From NCBI GenBank assembly GCA_004431415.1, contig QPMI01000517.1:124001-188000 (forward strand): a stretch of 64,000 nucleotides of DNA, given 5' to 3'. Source of the stretch: Cyanophora paradoxa CCMP329. Its lineage: Eukaryota; Plantae; Glaucophyta. The notes under the pieces were generated by a model. It did no database searches. It saw only the letters and a program-made list of their open reading frames with translations, and was not told the origin of the DNA. This document shows positions 22,601-28,700 of the stretch, one piece after another (positions within the stretch are counted from its first letter, which is position 1; each line of letters starts with the position of its first letter). Position numbers and translations under genes: made by a program.

Positions 22601-22717
22601 TCATCCCAATGCCAATCCTCGACGCTGTCTGGCTCACCGCGGCCAAACACACGGCCAACCTGGCCCAGTCCGTATCCACGGCTGCCTTCTCTTCCATCTA
22701 TCGCCTTCCCTCACTAG
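1601..22717 (+). CDS. Giant unspliced polyprotein frame of element A (ORF1-like modules, Pro/Arg repeats, APE, RT)
   Basis: The ORF track gives 2558..22717 (6719 aa). Reading the same frame upstream by hand finds no stop until TAG at 1598-1600. First in-frame ATG with good context is gccgccATGg at 2819. Confidence 0.85.
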   Translation, partial: PHPAPPGRTSRLPSPTSLRLSAPSLPISPPPIAPPDNPPLQPHPCPTCSPGFPCTRTPPVRFAPLLSTHTSPPYLPLAALLLHLYLASPALPTILQIGASARFLLGSLPLLPLSLLGDPPPYSPPAPPPTPPDSPHQTPLAAGCLLCTLILARRRFPFSPSNHALLSLLTLPLHPPPPPLPRYSPILPPYASLLAALAWAQLTAATLNFPPLAFELLLTTPASLAAEWHVLVCTTFHFLVDLRRALYEAADPGGTPLSLSLIATAPLILLHFSRPEPIEFVSLITAASLAGFALQSLLDSISPRGPLLQAPYPNAVPVPVIRSLLLLSLFTHTETRTATPSPPPARPSASALAVLAFTLVLAVLLWTVLTKISSHCTSPLPWGVRTRGNPRFSPAQLTTRPLHLAAMGRKSGKSPADPNIPESDLGTAPPDPTDSLATSLSTAATLPSGSQGQSEPPLPSATPLPAAEGIPEETTHPAISAARTQSEQRFGPGPTSLILPIIAFITHWTTAAVQQTKNSLYGAVAIRRQIFSSPSALLKASPENTASGCRRPLPDQARNTLVIVAPYTSFMPAMPPGFLALAEGKLTAANQDYVKANRGYGNNFLRDHPTHPAHGKLNLNGAIPTVFSGTERDSRRTYATQAVGFLVSNSPALTLFHQLPTPLPRLIPSATGLLNSRTKYSTGRPKTSPSRTAKVLAAHSSTTTAPSWNPKLTANSTNTSYALLLAAHRTCAHSQPMQIRHAAPGGPLRAEDGSAVTTTLAEVLTDFQRYLFNVLQAGGTAPDVAGRAAINAMQALTYNSKLDGHEAFVLVDSSTHRTLCAADPANQLPPAEAVMASAFFPSLLGCALCLPRGLHSDDHLRSASFSLFIPGSTAPSFQAVSYITRALYLQGITVLGTIHSSLPAGNPTLVVVCALDSYASLPLPSRRLSFSDDGLALQAFFRTFNIVRLFPFSHPIPRRNATLRELKLPRCWWKPMKYYSRLRPLISHLTSPTAISTSTSRSRSPSAALSAAPGHTLPTGSTGPSHAGCSPLLLPPPPPAAPHLLVGQTPAHFRCNHAGGSPDPCLPACIVAFDLAPQGPLLALMYWLLHVRKRLQSHFTPQPARPPHLAHPLPPLTLTPFALSAHGSGRNSTPMPQFQIHNRQTPQAPRPLQTALAASAPSTYSHSNSPCQPPSRPHSPPTSPPPHTSAQCDLQDTVSPPNARRRARVGGPEPGAGSPTHPYAPPALPPPTPALHALQDSLSPPDARRRTTTDARRYAQANGPDPEARTPPSPHAPPASPSPATAPRDLQEPISPPAARRNTQAAEPGPTTAPPPDPRAPPGRPAARHHARPDGPETETPSPIASPTLSASPPRATAAHGRQEMPGPRAPPVFLPPAPTIPRDPTTPALLPALALELRGLPAAALQDSIHCPGLSAWAEEPAPTPQDSSQVHPAESGRDMQLLLDPSVPSASLLPATLCDSRAGPERPTAPDTRMTTIAFCTALILRHPASPPPIGVHTTSAPPSPTMNPLAAVHNLMDLSRQTLRKWLDSTPTHRSHSPEAPAEDIHRELTHVNIPDDQADEDERDENAQALSARLRQLLTGLGGSPTVETYSDTLPSIIGCNPCYSVAGETVAEASATTQLANPVVVVLNCEPAGDYSSSASTLSYASASPHSPSPDHIQRTTLEAAEDWRAHVGSELARRGIFLVPATPTFFHLACTGPLECGLQSERSLPAFRVRPTANLFTPPILIPRQLDPLLPPGPVAHGRRTATAQILAGQLRNLLHGYCDPDRTYGVLAAHTSALLRGGDPVLIRLAALGQVPLTDLLLGALILLIETNSPDAFETSSLDAFIEAILSIRQFGITFDPDLNISELTLFLPPKTATSLLLCLPDFPFIPSTLWAAITHSRTPSRRSLLLLHHPFRTHHDRGDFVLLLARSSDLFPDPPTHSKREPFHDRKFRTENFSAKLDALHNRLSPCPLFGLLADPESLPYILLLFPKAAYSMLPPQTSLPLTTFPTPFHSCESHLPSPHPSHITARPRLLSNPKAKDDYDDFPGTRLWELFGSEGDQYLPLSPGLLAAIICPHCLASDFFYRDTSWIHPAHRCPVRRHHSPTRCRPTLTPPAGGVTLLPPPPSSPPPPPTIPFDTPACSPPRADVCAAFMNTTSGLPCLTYTPGLPPRARSRDRAIAPGPVPRTSLGPRTAPDLPLPASAPLVPADPRAPPALPPPAPAPRDLPTDLSLPDARRRARSNGPEPETRPQPNPRAPPASPPPQPYQRDGPTPATFPPSCASPASSSPKPTPRDRPEDLSLPDAHRRARADRPEPAARLPPSYHALPASLPPTPTLRDLPADLSPPGARRRARADGPEPKARPLPASHASPASPPPQPDPRDLQGALSLHDARRRADGPAPEAIRLRTPPTSPSPKPTPRDRPADLNPPNTRRHARADGPEPEARPPPTSHAPPASPPPQPAQRDRQEDLSLPDARSCAWADSSEPATRPPPSSHAQPASPPPTPAPCALPDALSLPAAQRRARADRPEPAASSPPSSHAQSASPPSTLTSRPPRDLHYTVRPSDARLCAHADGPGLAAKPPTGPSTPPVPPPLRAPHDLQDAVSLSAARLRARADGPGSAVQPPPGPGAPPALPPLEPAPPGPCAPPVPPPPSPARCALQDAVGFPAARRRARADGPGPDVQPPPSPSAPRASPPPAPRDLQNTVGRPAARRRVRTDGPGPEEKPPPNPSANRASPPPAPCDLQDAVGRPAARRRAHTDGPGPEEKPATGSSASQASPPPAPRDLQDAVGRPAPRRRARAEGPEPEENPPTDPSAPPVSPPPVPCDLQDAVGRPTARRRARTDGPGPDEKPPPSPNAPPGSPPPAPRDLQDAAGRPAAPRRARADGPGFEEKLPQSPSAPRPSPPPAPRDLQDAAGRPAARHSARADGPGPKVKPPPGPSTPPVSPPPAPAPRDLQDAVGFPAARRRARADGPGPKVKPPPGPSAPRASPPPAPRDLQNTVGRPAARRRVRTDGPGPEEKPPPNPSANRASPPPAPCDLQDAVGRPAARRRAHTDGPGPEEKPATGSSASQASPPPAPRDLQDAVGRPAPRRRARTDGPGPEENPLTGPSAPPVSSPPTPRDLQGAVGRPAARRRARAEGPEPEENPPTDPSAPPVSPPPVPCDLQDAVGRPTARRRARTDGPGPDEKPPPSPNAPPGSPPPAPRDLQDAAGRPAAPRRARADGPGFEEKLPQSPSAPRPSPPPAPRDLQDAAGRPAARHSARADGPGPKVKPPPGPSTPPVSPPPAPAPRDLQDAVGFPAARRRARADGPGPKVKPPPGPSEPPVSPPPAPALRDLRDAVGLPAARRHARADGPAAPSALQDAVDLLKEQSASPNLAPLTTHRPHPAKPPPSINRGFTNSRALAKHRTYSHQRSENAHESTSTPACPYPPLGTAEPAMATPSNPIPSLGQLPPQALALRAWMLPELGLYAAATGSCKPAPHYLSHSIAARITGRLYPLLPSRPWSPTTNTLSVPHWSSFEEWTACYFTIFHSFHASPGPISAATWDSIADCTRCRSLQAPATSATSQLLNPDICIVSARPYQATRALRAGAEATAQRLLELACGSGVDSFDNLDIDFVRPHSHHGPCFGRRRSPREAAETSSFVLEVRTAQAFFRAALLPRPPLLMCSLLRQNATALTDELEAGARLTRWARAASSHLFSDDLFWGDFADPADVPEPDIALPLSPLSALLSSPAHPYAIIRLYTVGEPAPIDALAGLLRILADRRAPLDQPPSPGYHTILEEARTAAFLELRQWSGRYLPELGVSEIAALVPLETARSLFHASLPLSYQATKAAILASSAGQPALLLHHPLSTHIERHDLIFLVLRLSDLDLPAPDPETLRRTLQALLVGPPGTLAALRPLGLLCTSSLAILAVPSILYDQLPPPAPYADHPPTPITALLRPIPRAAPYYQTPSPSLAAWELFRSDRPTYTPLSPAAIQQTTCQRCVSTPAFLASAAWLHSTRQCPVRPPDPSPSSRAYPAPSYTPEDPPPPPSSPPPPRSYPPERVPPSRSSLPAIRWELYIMFHTLFVSSVTNRTRTTTSRPSLHPPRPPAPPAPPSAQTPTHIEPHQTSSIVMQNSKLRGYSRPCPISSWHNGDRTPPLVRVQQLHQYSSRGPQSRPSGGKDHLSNGSASVEAAHGTQPPRTPLRSTPAQNGHYPLEACHLHSLHGHLGRHPQQRLHIAQIQQQPAARSREAAQLHLHEITAQLHDVVALQILLSPMRHVAHNGHVLEATQHFSVRLQPALRTRTQPRTPLSQITGTHMPAPPRKRSPENCPDVPPHDHRPNKAHFLVRPAPTTTLLYNPGSRDGSHTGDCHSWGNRYPCSPYPPCSLRRLSESASTHPAPCNQMGDFIDIYYELQLILPSEHAAMTRLQKHATDLAKDPEAARHLTSLSVQQPRHRSSATTTRFLGPVDSAPRHAWHAGLRHFGLQEFAPAHAQYIAAAMAAVIETAERPLTTLAPSPEPGLQLNSLILSALSDLLDLAALTGDVFAYDVPWKHLTARPFASQDAIQTFKNAAFRQGYIKVAITKAFIDHETTLHALHPTGTITSSTYIHADHPGTTRTGRSERASITLALAFLDAALSRAHHLEKFLRRAFSLLNCRQFPYAVSCTPSPGPSHPVLIPASDRYPGSLALWSDPIDTPHPHSQHELTPARTGFPRTINTFSGALRDLRRHFVPGQGTTAEYRQAIFASDLAPATHTLILETWLTLVLRYGISAAIQSRPLPAIFLASIPTQLGDLHRGFAPPDFPNTTYSLSPSPTDGPVCPPARRNGSVFSQAKVPGARPVPLASPSNRPRPLHPPLPPLDCPTLCSSNPLSCSETIWQSRADTALSLLLRAVPAGMSPAPYPPPTPRTIEPPHAGKPPSRLRKPPAPLPIVSAPDALRTAAGLPAARHRTRAEAPGPQWTSASDPRTPLAPPPPAPAPRDLQDTLNLPDVQSRARADGPLPEAKPPSGPRPPTAPPPPTPALRDPQDALSLPDAQSRARAAGPAPEARPSSGARAPPAPSPPAPAPRDVRDVPNLPDAQSRARAAGPAPAARPSSGPRASPTSPPPEPAPRDLQDTLSLPDAQSRARADGPAPEARPPSGPRMLPALPPPAPAPRDLQATPSLPDAQSRERTDGPASAARPPLGPRAPPAPPPPAPALRDPQDALSLPDAQSRARADGPAPEARPPSGPRVLPAPPPPAPVLRDPQDAPSLPDAQSRARADGPAPEARLSSGARADGPGPEVKPPPGPRAPPVSPPLAPAPRDLQTAVGLPAARRHTRADGPGPAVKPQPSPSASPVSPSPAPAQRDLQDAVGSPAAPPRARADGPGPAVKPPPGPRAPPASPPLAPAPRDLQTAVGLPAARRCARANGPGPEVTPPPSPSASPISPPPTPAPRDLQDAVGFPAARRRARADGPGPKVKPPPGPSAPPVSPPPAPAPRDLQDAVGLPAARRRARADGPGPEEKPPPGLRAPPASPPPTPRDLQDAVGPAARCRARDDCPIPRANLGLQKCPGGPSATPRPSNASPGTPQEVTPRRATVVAAAPRRAARLGIQQAAQVLSQLSRRVCIWSTLWTTVARPRYGMLQNLIAGPEHGSPIRAVAYRSGRWSIPPQSERPRAPDETAPTGTPTACRQKTPTRTGFFIHSICESDNDSKRPSASALRDWGWNNCTIASTTNPAYGHVPGPSCNTDTTIAGYAASTGAHASAGPTNAGASSSDAALHDAESCRTNHAYGSGRVLAMCTAAYLAVSPRASAHVHASAGPAGAGDTDSAPLDVDAGLEPLGRRRTARRAPQAQRSFSRPAPLPTRLLLCVLLAALVPVALADIEPSTATAAAVATAAAALSSPTLVTAASSLLTLYPPSLYTADRIDARHHRDALQIPVLAHPPDAANAKLNLRALTWNIRRLEGKASGNNIATKFISAIDYGRRDWDCHFVALQEVDMVPTDRPPSKPFPPNIRDHLIQTAVRRHKSSYLVYSPPSAARPGTAGSALWISASYAAHRQADYAFDGRVAGARFDFPRTRERLIVLSLYVPDCGHDNLQKELHDLTEYLTAKVAPDIHEPDWQTHLLVLGDMNSTYSPCNDRITGGNRRTETTPPNSYAEIWTLFRETWGLCDTGTPGDFTHVSRHADFLDDQGHRPLLDAARIDYALASPTLAARSLGTRTLYVPGRPSPLLTADHLPVLATFKTEGVLSAPPTEPRQPRPQPLPPLFNYAAQPAPIRLAFKLAVETFLNKHGQRYIQLLLTPENSPDYAQRATKSHRSLLCAIAQSIKSVAHSQEFSTAKVLQHRVAAQGDMAKFNHLSALDADDEQLVGRVGQALHDWAHQGSTDHPPDETIRAVLRDLPKDVTDIRKAAGSDTTLAFCPSLLAFPDPPNYPEFENGTITGSEIAEYHTQLSTWHLQARAALDNHRRAYTEADIARNIDTRRHLLSHCRSMGRAIQLLLSRFRSAPRLYLTRTAAGLPEVLTDPNEIKRAHLDHFKNFWRLRKAAPNLDAIATKFADIENGAWLGRFWKRQYRPLSHFTPAVWDGLMAMPEDPELDRLISSLSNGAGGPSGLTNGMIKMLWSPLRLSKTERQALAASHSTDEITSFESAAHWTTSRDAIRALVQSTLLGHVPDHALRGQVYAIPKRDNSADLADLRPITLQEVTWKLVTGLLTHRMEDRIDTHNILRGRNYGFCRRESTDPVLYALRSSLEDAHQFKKPIFGGLGDIASAYDSVSWHSQELSLNRIQLHLHPEGKRYIALHKKAAQHRTACILTPHGRTEYFQVPCGLPQGGIEAPLHWRIFFDAALTAIEDRATQSNFGYQLGPHRSDPTRPRSPRPPCPGEPLYFPSGPCPTVSVLAYADDTTMLASSAQGLQHMLDWLSEFLHIHGMNLNAKKTEIFHWKPPRSEAPVKSKYYVGVGDSRAEVGHILSPTTPFRVLGVQFTANLSWTHQVRLLKSQLQSAISVLATKKITVHEFQVILHRVLFPKLAYPLRIMTLTSSQCQSSTLSGSPRPNTRPTWPSPYPRLPSLPSIAFPH
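2819..4847 (+). CDS. Spliced ORF1/Gag-like protein G1 (~582 aa) with CxxC..WxHxxxxC knuckle
   Basis: Predicted exons 2819-3071, 3132-3538, 3595-3759, 3815-4438, 4492-4683, 4740-4847; introns are 53-60 nt GT..AG. Splicing joins off-frame segments (VDPIGHWTPEFQNKVLDWAA; CCTKCRTGPHPTDWFHGPITCR) and ends at TAG 4845-4847. Confidence 0.7.
5170..5750 (+). repeat. Degenerate first array of the ~126-bp coding repeat (DLQD..PxARRRARADGP)
   Basis: Several diverged units of the motif seen in the larger arrays. Confidence 0.7.
6125..7925 (+). CDS. Spliced ORF1-like paralog G2 (~564 aa) with knuckle
   Basis: ATG 6125. In-frame intron 6755-6805 (GTCCGT..CAG). Intron 7862-7916 (GTACGC..CTTAC..GCAG) directly after CPHC..WIHPAHRCP; splicing gives AA then TGA 7923-7925. 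Confidence 0.7.
8150..11670 (+). repeat. Main 126-bp (42-aa) tandem array with a higher-order duplication
   Basis: Unit encodes PRDLQDAVGRPAARRRARADGPGPEEKPPPSPSAPPASPPPA. The variant gacctgcagaacactgtcgg recurs at 9671 and 10559 (888 bp apart, about 7 units). Confidence 0.95.
11888..13656 (+). CDS. Spliced ORF1-like paralog G3 (~546 aa) with knuckle
   Basis: ATG 11888. In-frame intron 12515-12592 (GTACGC..CAG). Intron 13595-13644 (GTACGC..CTTAC..CCAG) after CQRC..WLHSTRQCP; splicing gives LHP then TGA. Shares LLLHHP..TH..R.D and WELF.S....Y.PLSP motifs with G2. Confidence 0.7.
14000..14641 (-). CDS. Antisense intron-containing gene (~195 aa, unknown function) inside the giant ORF
   Basis: Minus-strand ORFs 14459..14794 and 14000..14401 share a frame. 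A 54-nt GTGCGT..CTGAG..GCAG intron (14426-14479) removes the stop between them. The plus-strand translation here is H/L/Q-rich, as expected for an antisense shadow. Start codon and 3' end are uncertain. Confidence 0.55.
14738..16223 (+). CDS. Spliced accessory protein G4 (~420 aa, unknown function)
   Basis: Predicted exons 14738-15517, 15573-15600, 15663-15921, 15978-16033, 16084-16223. Branch-like TACTAAT, GCTGAC and CTAAC motifs. Introns of 55+62 nt restore the frame around a 28-nt exon; the later introns lead to TGA at 16221-16223. Confidence 0.6.
16330..18140 (+). repeat. Third array of the ~126-132-bp coding repeat
   Basis: Same unit family in two subtypes (SLPDAQSRARADGP, then AVGLPAARRRARADGP). 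Confidence 0.95.
19331..20210 (+). CDS. Element A apurinic-like endonuclease (APE) domain
   Basis: Motifs LTWNIRRL, VALQEV, SLYVP, LVLGDMNS, RIDYAL, ADHLPV. Confidence 0.93.
21500..22610 (+). CDS. Element A reverse transcriptase domain
   Basis: Motifs AIPK, LRPITLQE, NYGF, DIASAYDSV, GLPQGG, YADD (22181), LNAKKT, FRVLGV. Confidence 0.97.
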
Positions 22718-25700
22718 CCGTCATCCAACGTCAACAGCAGTGCGTCGACGAGCGCCTCCGCCAGGAACTAGCCTCTCACACATCATCACTCTACGGCCAA
22801 ATATACCGACAACGTGTCCTCGACACCCAGGCCCGATACGGGCTTCCCCTTCTCCCACACGAATATCCGAACCTCCCCTCGGGGCCCCTCACACTACAGA
22901 AAAATATTACGCTTGCCATCACGGCAGACCTGACCTCCACCTCCCATCACATCCTCACAACGTGCGACTCCTGGACACATGGCCTCCCCTCCCGCCGATC
23001 CCATCTTCGACGAGAATATATTATATCAACGCAATTGTCGCCCCTCACCCTCCAACAAGCCGGTCAGCGACTCTATCGCTGCGGCCTCCTCACAATCCGC
23101 GACATCACGGCCCCTGACGGCTCCCTTGCCGAATGGTCCCTCCTCTGGAGTCACGGCCGTGTCCCGGCATACTACAAACGTGCCCCTCCTGGTGGGACGC
23201 TGTCCGCGAAGAACTCTCTCTTCCCCGCCCCTCCACCCGGTCCCCTTTCCTCCCCCGCCACCCTATGCCTCCACCGCCCTCTATCCCAGACATTCGTCGC
23301 TCTCTCCAAGCTAACGCCGTCCTTGCGGGACTAAACCTTGGCGATTTTGTATGGACATCCCAAGGCCTAGTTGGCCGCGTCGTTGGGAAACCCCCGATCC
23401 CGGACGAACACCTGGACGAACCGGCCTCCGAGGACCCTGACGCGGACCCCAACTGCCCCCGGGATTCAGAGTATAACTATGGGGTGGAACTCGTCCATTA
23501 CTGCCTCACCCCATATGATGGCCTCTCCACGCGCGACCCCGGTCTATCGGCGCTTGAGCTCGACCCCGCCTGGCGTGAACGCAGACTGGAATTCCAATTT
23601 TGCCCTCACCCAAAATACTGCGGCTCTGAACAGCTTCATCGCGAGCTGGGCCTTTCTACGACTGCTTGCCGATGGGTCGAGTACGCATCTCACGTCCGCC
23701 GAATCCCGGCAGGCTCGTCGTGCGAATCGAAGGGCTGGTCTCCGAGCCTCTCCAATCTCAATAGGCCGGTGCCCACCCGCTCCCGGCAGCTGCCCGACTC
23801 CACCTCCGCCTTCACATGCTCCCACTCTAGAGGGCAGCATCCCCCCCGTGCTCAACCCACACGCGCAGCTAAAAAAGCCCGCCTTGACCCCTCCTCAGCT
23901 ACCCCTCCTGCTCAATATGACCCCGAACTCCCCCCTTCCAACCTCCCCCGCGAAATCACACACATTGGCTTCATCGATCTCTGGCTCCGGGAAACTGACT
24001 GGTGGGACTCTTTCCGAGCGGAGGCCCAAGCTACCAATGTTGCCCTCGAGAGACGCCCACGCCTTATGACCCCCACATCACAAGCCGACCGCGCCTTCTA
24101 TGAATCCCCGGCCGGGCTCGACTTCCTTTTCATTACCTCCCGAGCCCTTTTCGCAGAGCTCTGCCCTACACTCCGCGCACTAAACTCCCCGCCCCTTCCC
24201 TCCGGAACTACTCCCCGGGTAATATACACGGACGCCAGCACACAAAAACAGGGCTCCGCCTCTGTCCGAACCACTTACGCCGGCCTTGCACCCCTCGAAA
24301 ATAATCCCGACCTGCCTGACAAAATCGAGTTCGCCCACCGCCTCCCCGGCGTCCAACATAACGTGAACCTGGGAGAGCTAGCAGGCACAATCTCCGCAGC
24401 ATTCACGTATTTCGGGCCCACGGGCGGGAAAATTATCACGGACAGTCAGAACACTATCCGAGCCCTGACAGCCTTCGCCTTTCAAGACCCTTCATCCTTC
24501 TCCCATCCCATCAACTTCCGCACCCTGCTCCGCCGAGAAGACGGGGCCCTTCTCCTCAACGCTCGAACGCAATACGCCATTCGTATCGCCCAAGACCCGA
24601 ACTTCCAAGTCACGCTTCAGTGGGTCCCCTCTCACCAACCAAAGACCATCCCGCGGCCACCTGCAACGGCTCCGACACCAACGACGACCCGCCGCCCGGC
24701 CCCCTCTTCCCCCCGCCGACCCCGTGTCCCCCGCAGCGGACCAGCTGCCCCCCTTCCTACCGCCCCGCAGACATTCCCTGCCTCGGCTCCTTACCACTAT
24801 ATTGGTGGAATGGACATCCCCGACGCCCGACTCCTCTTTTCGGACGACTCCTCCCCGCCCCTCCCTCCGTCACTATTCTCGTCCCTCCTCCCGCCTCGCC
24901 GGCACATTCGCACATATATCCTAGCTGACAGCCCCGCCGACTACCATTTCCTCCGCTGCCAAGCGGACCTTGTTGACTATGTAGATGCCTCCGAGAATAC
25001 CAACACCCACCTGGTCCTGGACCTTGTCCCCCTCGCGTCCGCCAGACTTGAACGCGCCTTCATGGCGGAGGACACCGTCATCTGGAACCGCTGCATCCGA
25101 CTTCCCAAAGCTCATACTCTTTTTCCTTCCGACGAACACCTGACTATCGTCTCGGACTGTGACATCCTCCGCGCCTACTCCGCTTTTCTTGCAGCCTTAG
25201 GACGCAGAGACATCACTCACAACATCTCCTTCCAGTGCTGCTCCCCTCCCAACCCAATCTTCCTTCAACCACTCCCCGAGGACGCCCCTGATGTTGACCA
25301 CCCTGATCCTGGGCCTACAAGGAAACTCGCCCTCGACTATTACTTAGCCCACCCTAGGGGCTCCGGCCCCACCTGGCACTTCTACCCCACTTCCCTCTGC
25401 AAACCCGCTGTCCCCGCCGACCGTGACACGCCTCTCCCCGCCTGGTACTGGGACGAGGACCTTACACTCGCCCCCACCTCCCAGACCGAGGCTGGCACCC
25501 CTATGGTCGCGTACCACCGTTGCGACCCTGGCATGTGGGGCATCCCTATTTCCTCCCTGATCGCAGAACAATGGGCACGGGGACCCGCCCTCTCCTGCCC
25601 GCACTGCCACCCCACCCCCGCCCCGCCTGGCCCCCCACCCACGTTCCCTCTCCGCGACCAAACCGGCGCCCTTCCTGTCTTATTCGAACGCTATGGACGC

Positions 25701-28700
25701 CGAGCCATCCCCTACTCAGCTGCCATCGACCCCGACGGCCCCAGGTATGATCGCCGAGTACTTCCCCTCCTCGACGGCATAAAATCTCGCCTGGCTGCCC
25801 TTAAAGCGGCCCCCCTCTCCCTCATCGACCCCAACCCTCGGTCTGGGGCCCACCTGGCCACACCCGTTCTCCTCGCACAACCCATACCTGCAGAACCCGT
25901 CGACGCTTTCTTCAGACTTCTCCAAAACCGCCAAGTCTCCTTCCGCCTGCATGCCCCGACCACCCCCAAGTGCCTCTTCCTCTCGTCCTCCCACGCAACC
26001 TCGATCCTCATGGGCACAGCCCCCACTGCCCTTTCTATCAAAGCCCGCGCAGGCCAGCCACAACTGGACCGACCCTACGTCCCGCACCCTTTCTCCCCAA
26101 CGGAATACGATTATATTCTCCTCCCCCTGCCCCCCTCTGGGTCCCGACCCTGGCGACTAGCAATCATCTCGGCCCGCCTCCGCGAAATCCGCATCCTGGA
26201 CGTCACCCGCAAACCCGCCTCCGACGTCACGGCCCCTCTTAAAGACTGGGTCATCAACTGGTGGACGGCGACTCTCCGCCCCGGCGACTCCTCCCCACGC
26301 TCGGCCTGGAAGTACGACACCAGCACCTTCCCCACACAAGCCTGGAAAAACGTTCACACGGGTGAAGACGCTCTCTTCGTCATGACCGCTGCTGAGTTCA
26401 TTGGCCGCGGTGAGGAAGTCCACCTGTATGGCAAAGGACGGGGCCGCCCCATCCCCTTCCACGCCCCCATCTACCGGGAGCGTTGGGCGGCCGCTCTCCT
26501 TCTCCGGGACCCTGAGGTTCTCCTGGGGACAGTCCAGGCCAACGACCCGGCATTCACAACAAAACGACAGCGCATGACCCCGCGCACCAGCTCCCGCCCT
26601 TCCCAGCACACGGCAGCCAAAGCCCGCCGTCCGGTTAGACGCAAGCGAGACCCCACCCCTCCTCCCTTCCGTCCTCCCCTCCCCCCCCCGTCCCTTACAC
26701 CGGTAACCCCCCGGTCCCCCAATTCCCCTCCCTCCTCCCCGCAGCTCCCCACCCCCCCCCCACCCTGCCCTTCCCCACCCCCACGCCCCCCGGCGCCCGA
26801 GGCCCGACCAACTGCTTCCCCAGGCCGAACCCCCGCTCACACGACTGAATTTCCCCTCCCTCGCCCCCTGACGCTGGCGGAGAAAAGTTGGCTGGGGAAT
26901 GCCTTCCGGTTTGCAGACAATGATTACTGCGCGGAGCAAACTCTCATGTCGAAACCCCCCTCCCACCCGCCCCCCGACCTGACCCTCATCGCCACTCCCT
27001 CATTCGACGAGGCGACCTTATCCACCTCCGGCCGAATGCCGCCCTCAGCCTCCCCCTCGTGGAAGCCTTCCTTGACATGCTCTCCTCCCGCGAAGCCGCC
27101 CTGGCCTCGCCTCACCCTACCTACTTCCTGTCGTCCAGCTCTTACCCCGCTAGTGCAGCCTCCCAATTTGACTCTCGGGGCTCTGCCCCCTCCCCCTGCA
27201 CCACTACCTTCCCCCCGGACGCCTTCTCGATGCCCGCCTTGTCCTTGTCCCCATCCTTACCTATCGCCCCACTCATCATGCCCCACCAGCCCCCTCGCCG
27301 ACCCTTCCCTCAGGCAGATCCCGGCACCCTCAGGGCCCCCCGGGACACTGGCACCTACTTGCCTTATTTCCTCAGACGCGCTCGTTCTACATTCACAACG
27401 GCTCCCTCGACGTCCCTGATCACCTTGTCTCCTTTGCACAAGACTTGGCGGCCACTTGGAGTCAACGCGACTCTGGCTCTCCCCTCCCCCTCACTCCATT
27501 CTGCAGATGGACCTACCTACGCCCGGAGACATCCCTCTCCGTTCTCCAGCCTCCCAACAGCACGGCCTGCGGCCCTCTCCTCCTCCTCACAGCTGACCTA
27601 CTCAGTCGCTCCTCAGCACTTGCCCCGTCGGACCTGCCCCGCCCCCCAGCCTACATTCAGGTCGACAATGCTGCGCTCCGCAGATACCGTGAATATATTG
27701 CCCTCAGCCTCTGCTACGGGTCCGTCACCCTCGACCCTATATGCTGTGGCCCTGCCCTCCCGGCCCTCAGACCCCCACCGACCTTCCCGGGGCGCCCCCG
27801 ACCGCCACGCCGCCCCCCAGTCTCCACCGGCGGCACCCTCCCTACCCTCGACTCCCCACCACCCTCCCCCGACCGCCCAGCCCTCCCGCGCTCCCCAACT
27901 GTGCTTGAGTCTACCCCGCCTCGCCCTGCAGGGCCCGCCACCCCCCTCCCTCCCGGTGCTCGCTACGCCCAAGAACTCGCCTCTCAGCTCGCCGACCTGG
28001 CCCGCAACGAAGCCTCCGCAACAGCACGCCGTCTCTTCCGGCCGTCCCACGTGACCCCACTCGAGGCGGCGACCATCCTAGCTGAAGCCGCTCACCGCGA
28101 CGCCGCCCAGCCGCCACCACGGTCCGCCAAAGCATCTAAAACGGCCGCAAAGAAAGAGGCGGCCAGGACCCCGGCCAAGAGCCGTATCTCGAACCCAGCC
28201 TATACTCCTGACAACTGCCACAATGACGCCGTTGACAAGCTCGCCAAAACGGCCCCAGACGCCCCCCTCTCAGCCCTTCTCTTCATTCCTCACAGTTTCA
28301 AATGCTTCCTCATCCGCGTCGGCCTCCCGCCCCCGTCATCCCAAGGCCCAGTTCCAGGAGCCGAGCCTTACAGAGGCAGACTCCATGCATACCGCGTTGA
28401 GGGGGACCCCCGCTCTCACTTCCTAGCCGAAGCCTCCCTCTCCCAATACCTCGACTGGCGCCAGCTTCGCAACGCTGGGGCCGTCCTCAGCAATCCTCAC
28501 GTTACCCTCGCCCCAGCCCTCTCCCTCGTGTCCGACAAGCCACCGGACCGCCGTACCCCCACAGGCGATCACCTCCGCAAAGTCAGATTCCAGTGCATTC
28601 TTGGAGGCCTCCCCTCCCTCACCATCCGCCTCCTCCACGACCCCGACCTATACGGCCCTCTCTTTCCTGACGGTATCGCCCACTGCCCCTTCTGTCACCT

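Noticed and set aside
22600-27200. Programmed frameshifting or introns explaining the frame breaks in the pol region
   Set aside because: The breaks look like single-base indels, mostly in homopolymers, with collinear homology on both sides; consensus error or decay is simpler.
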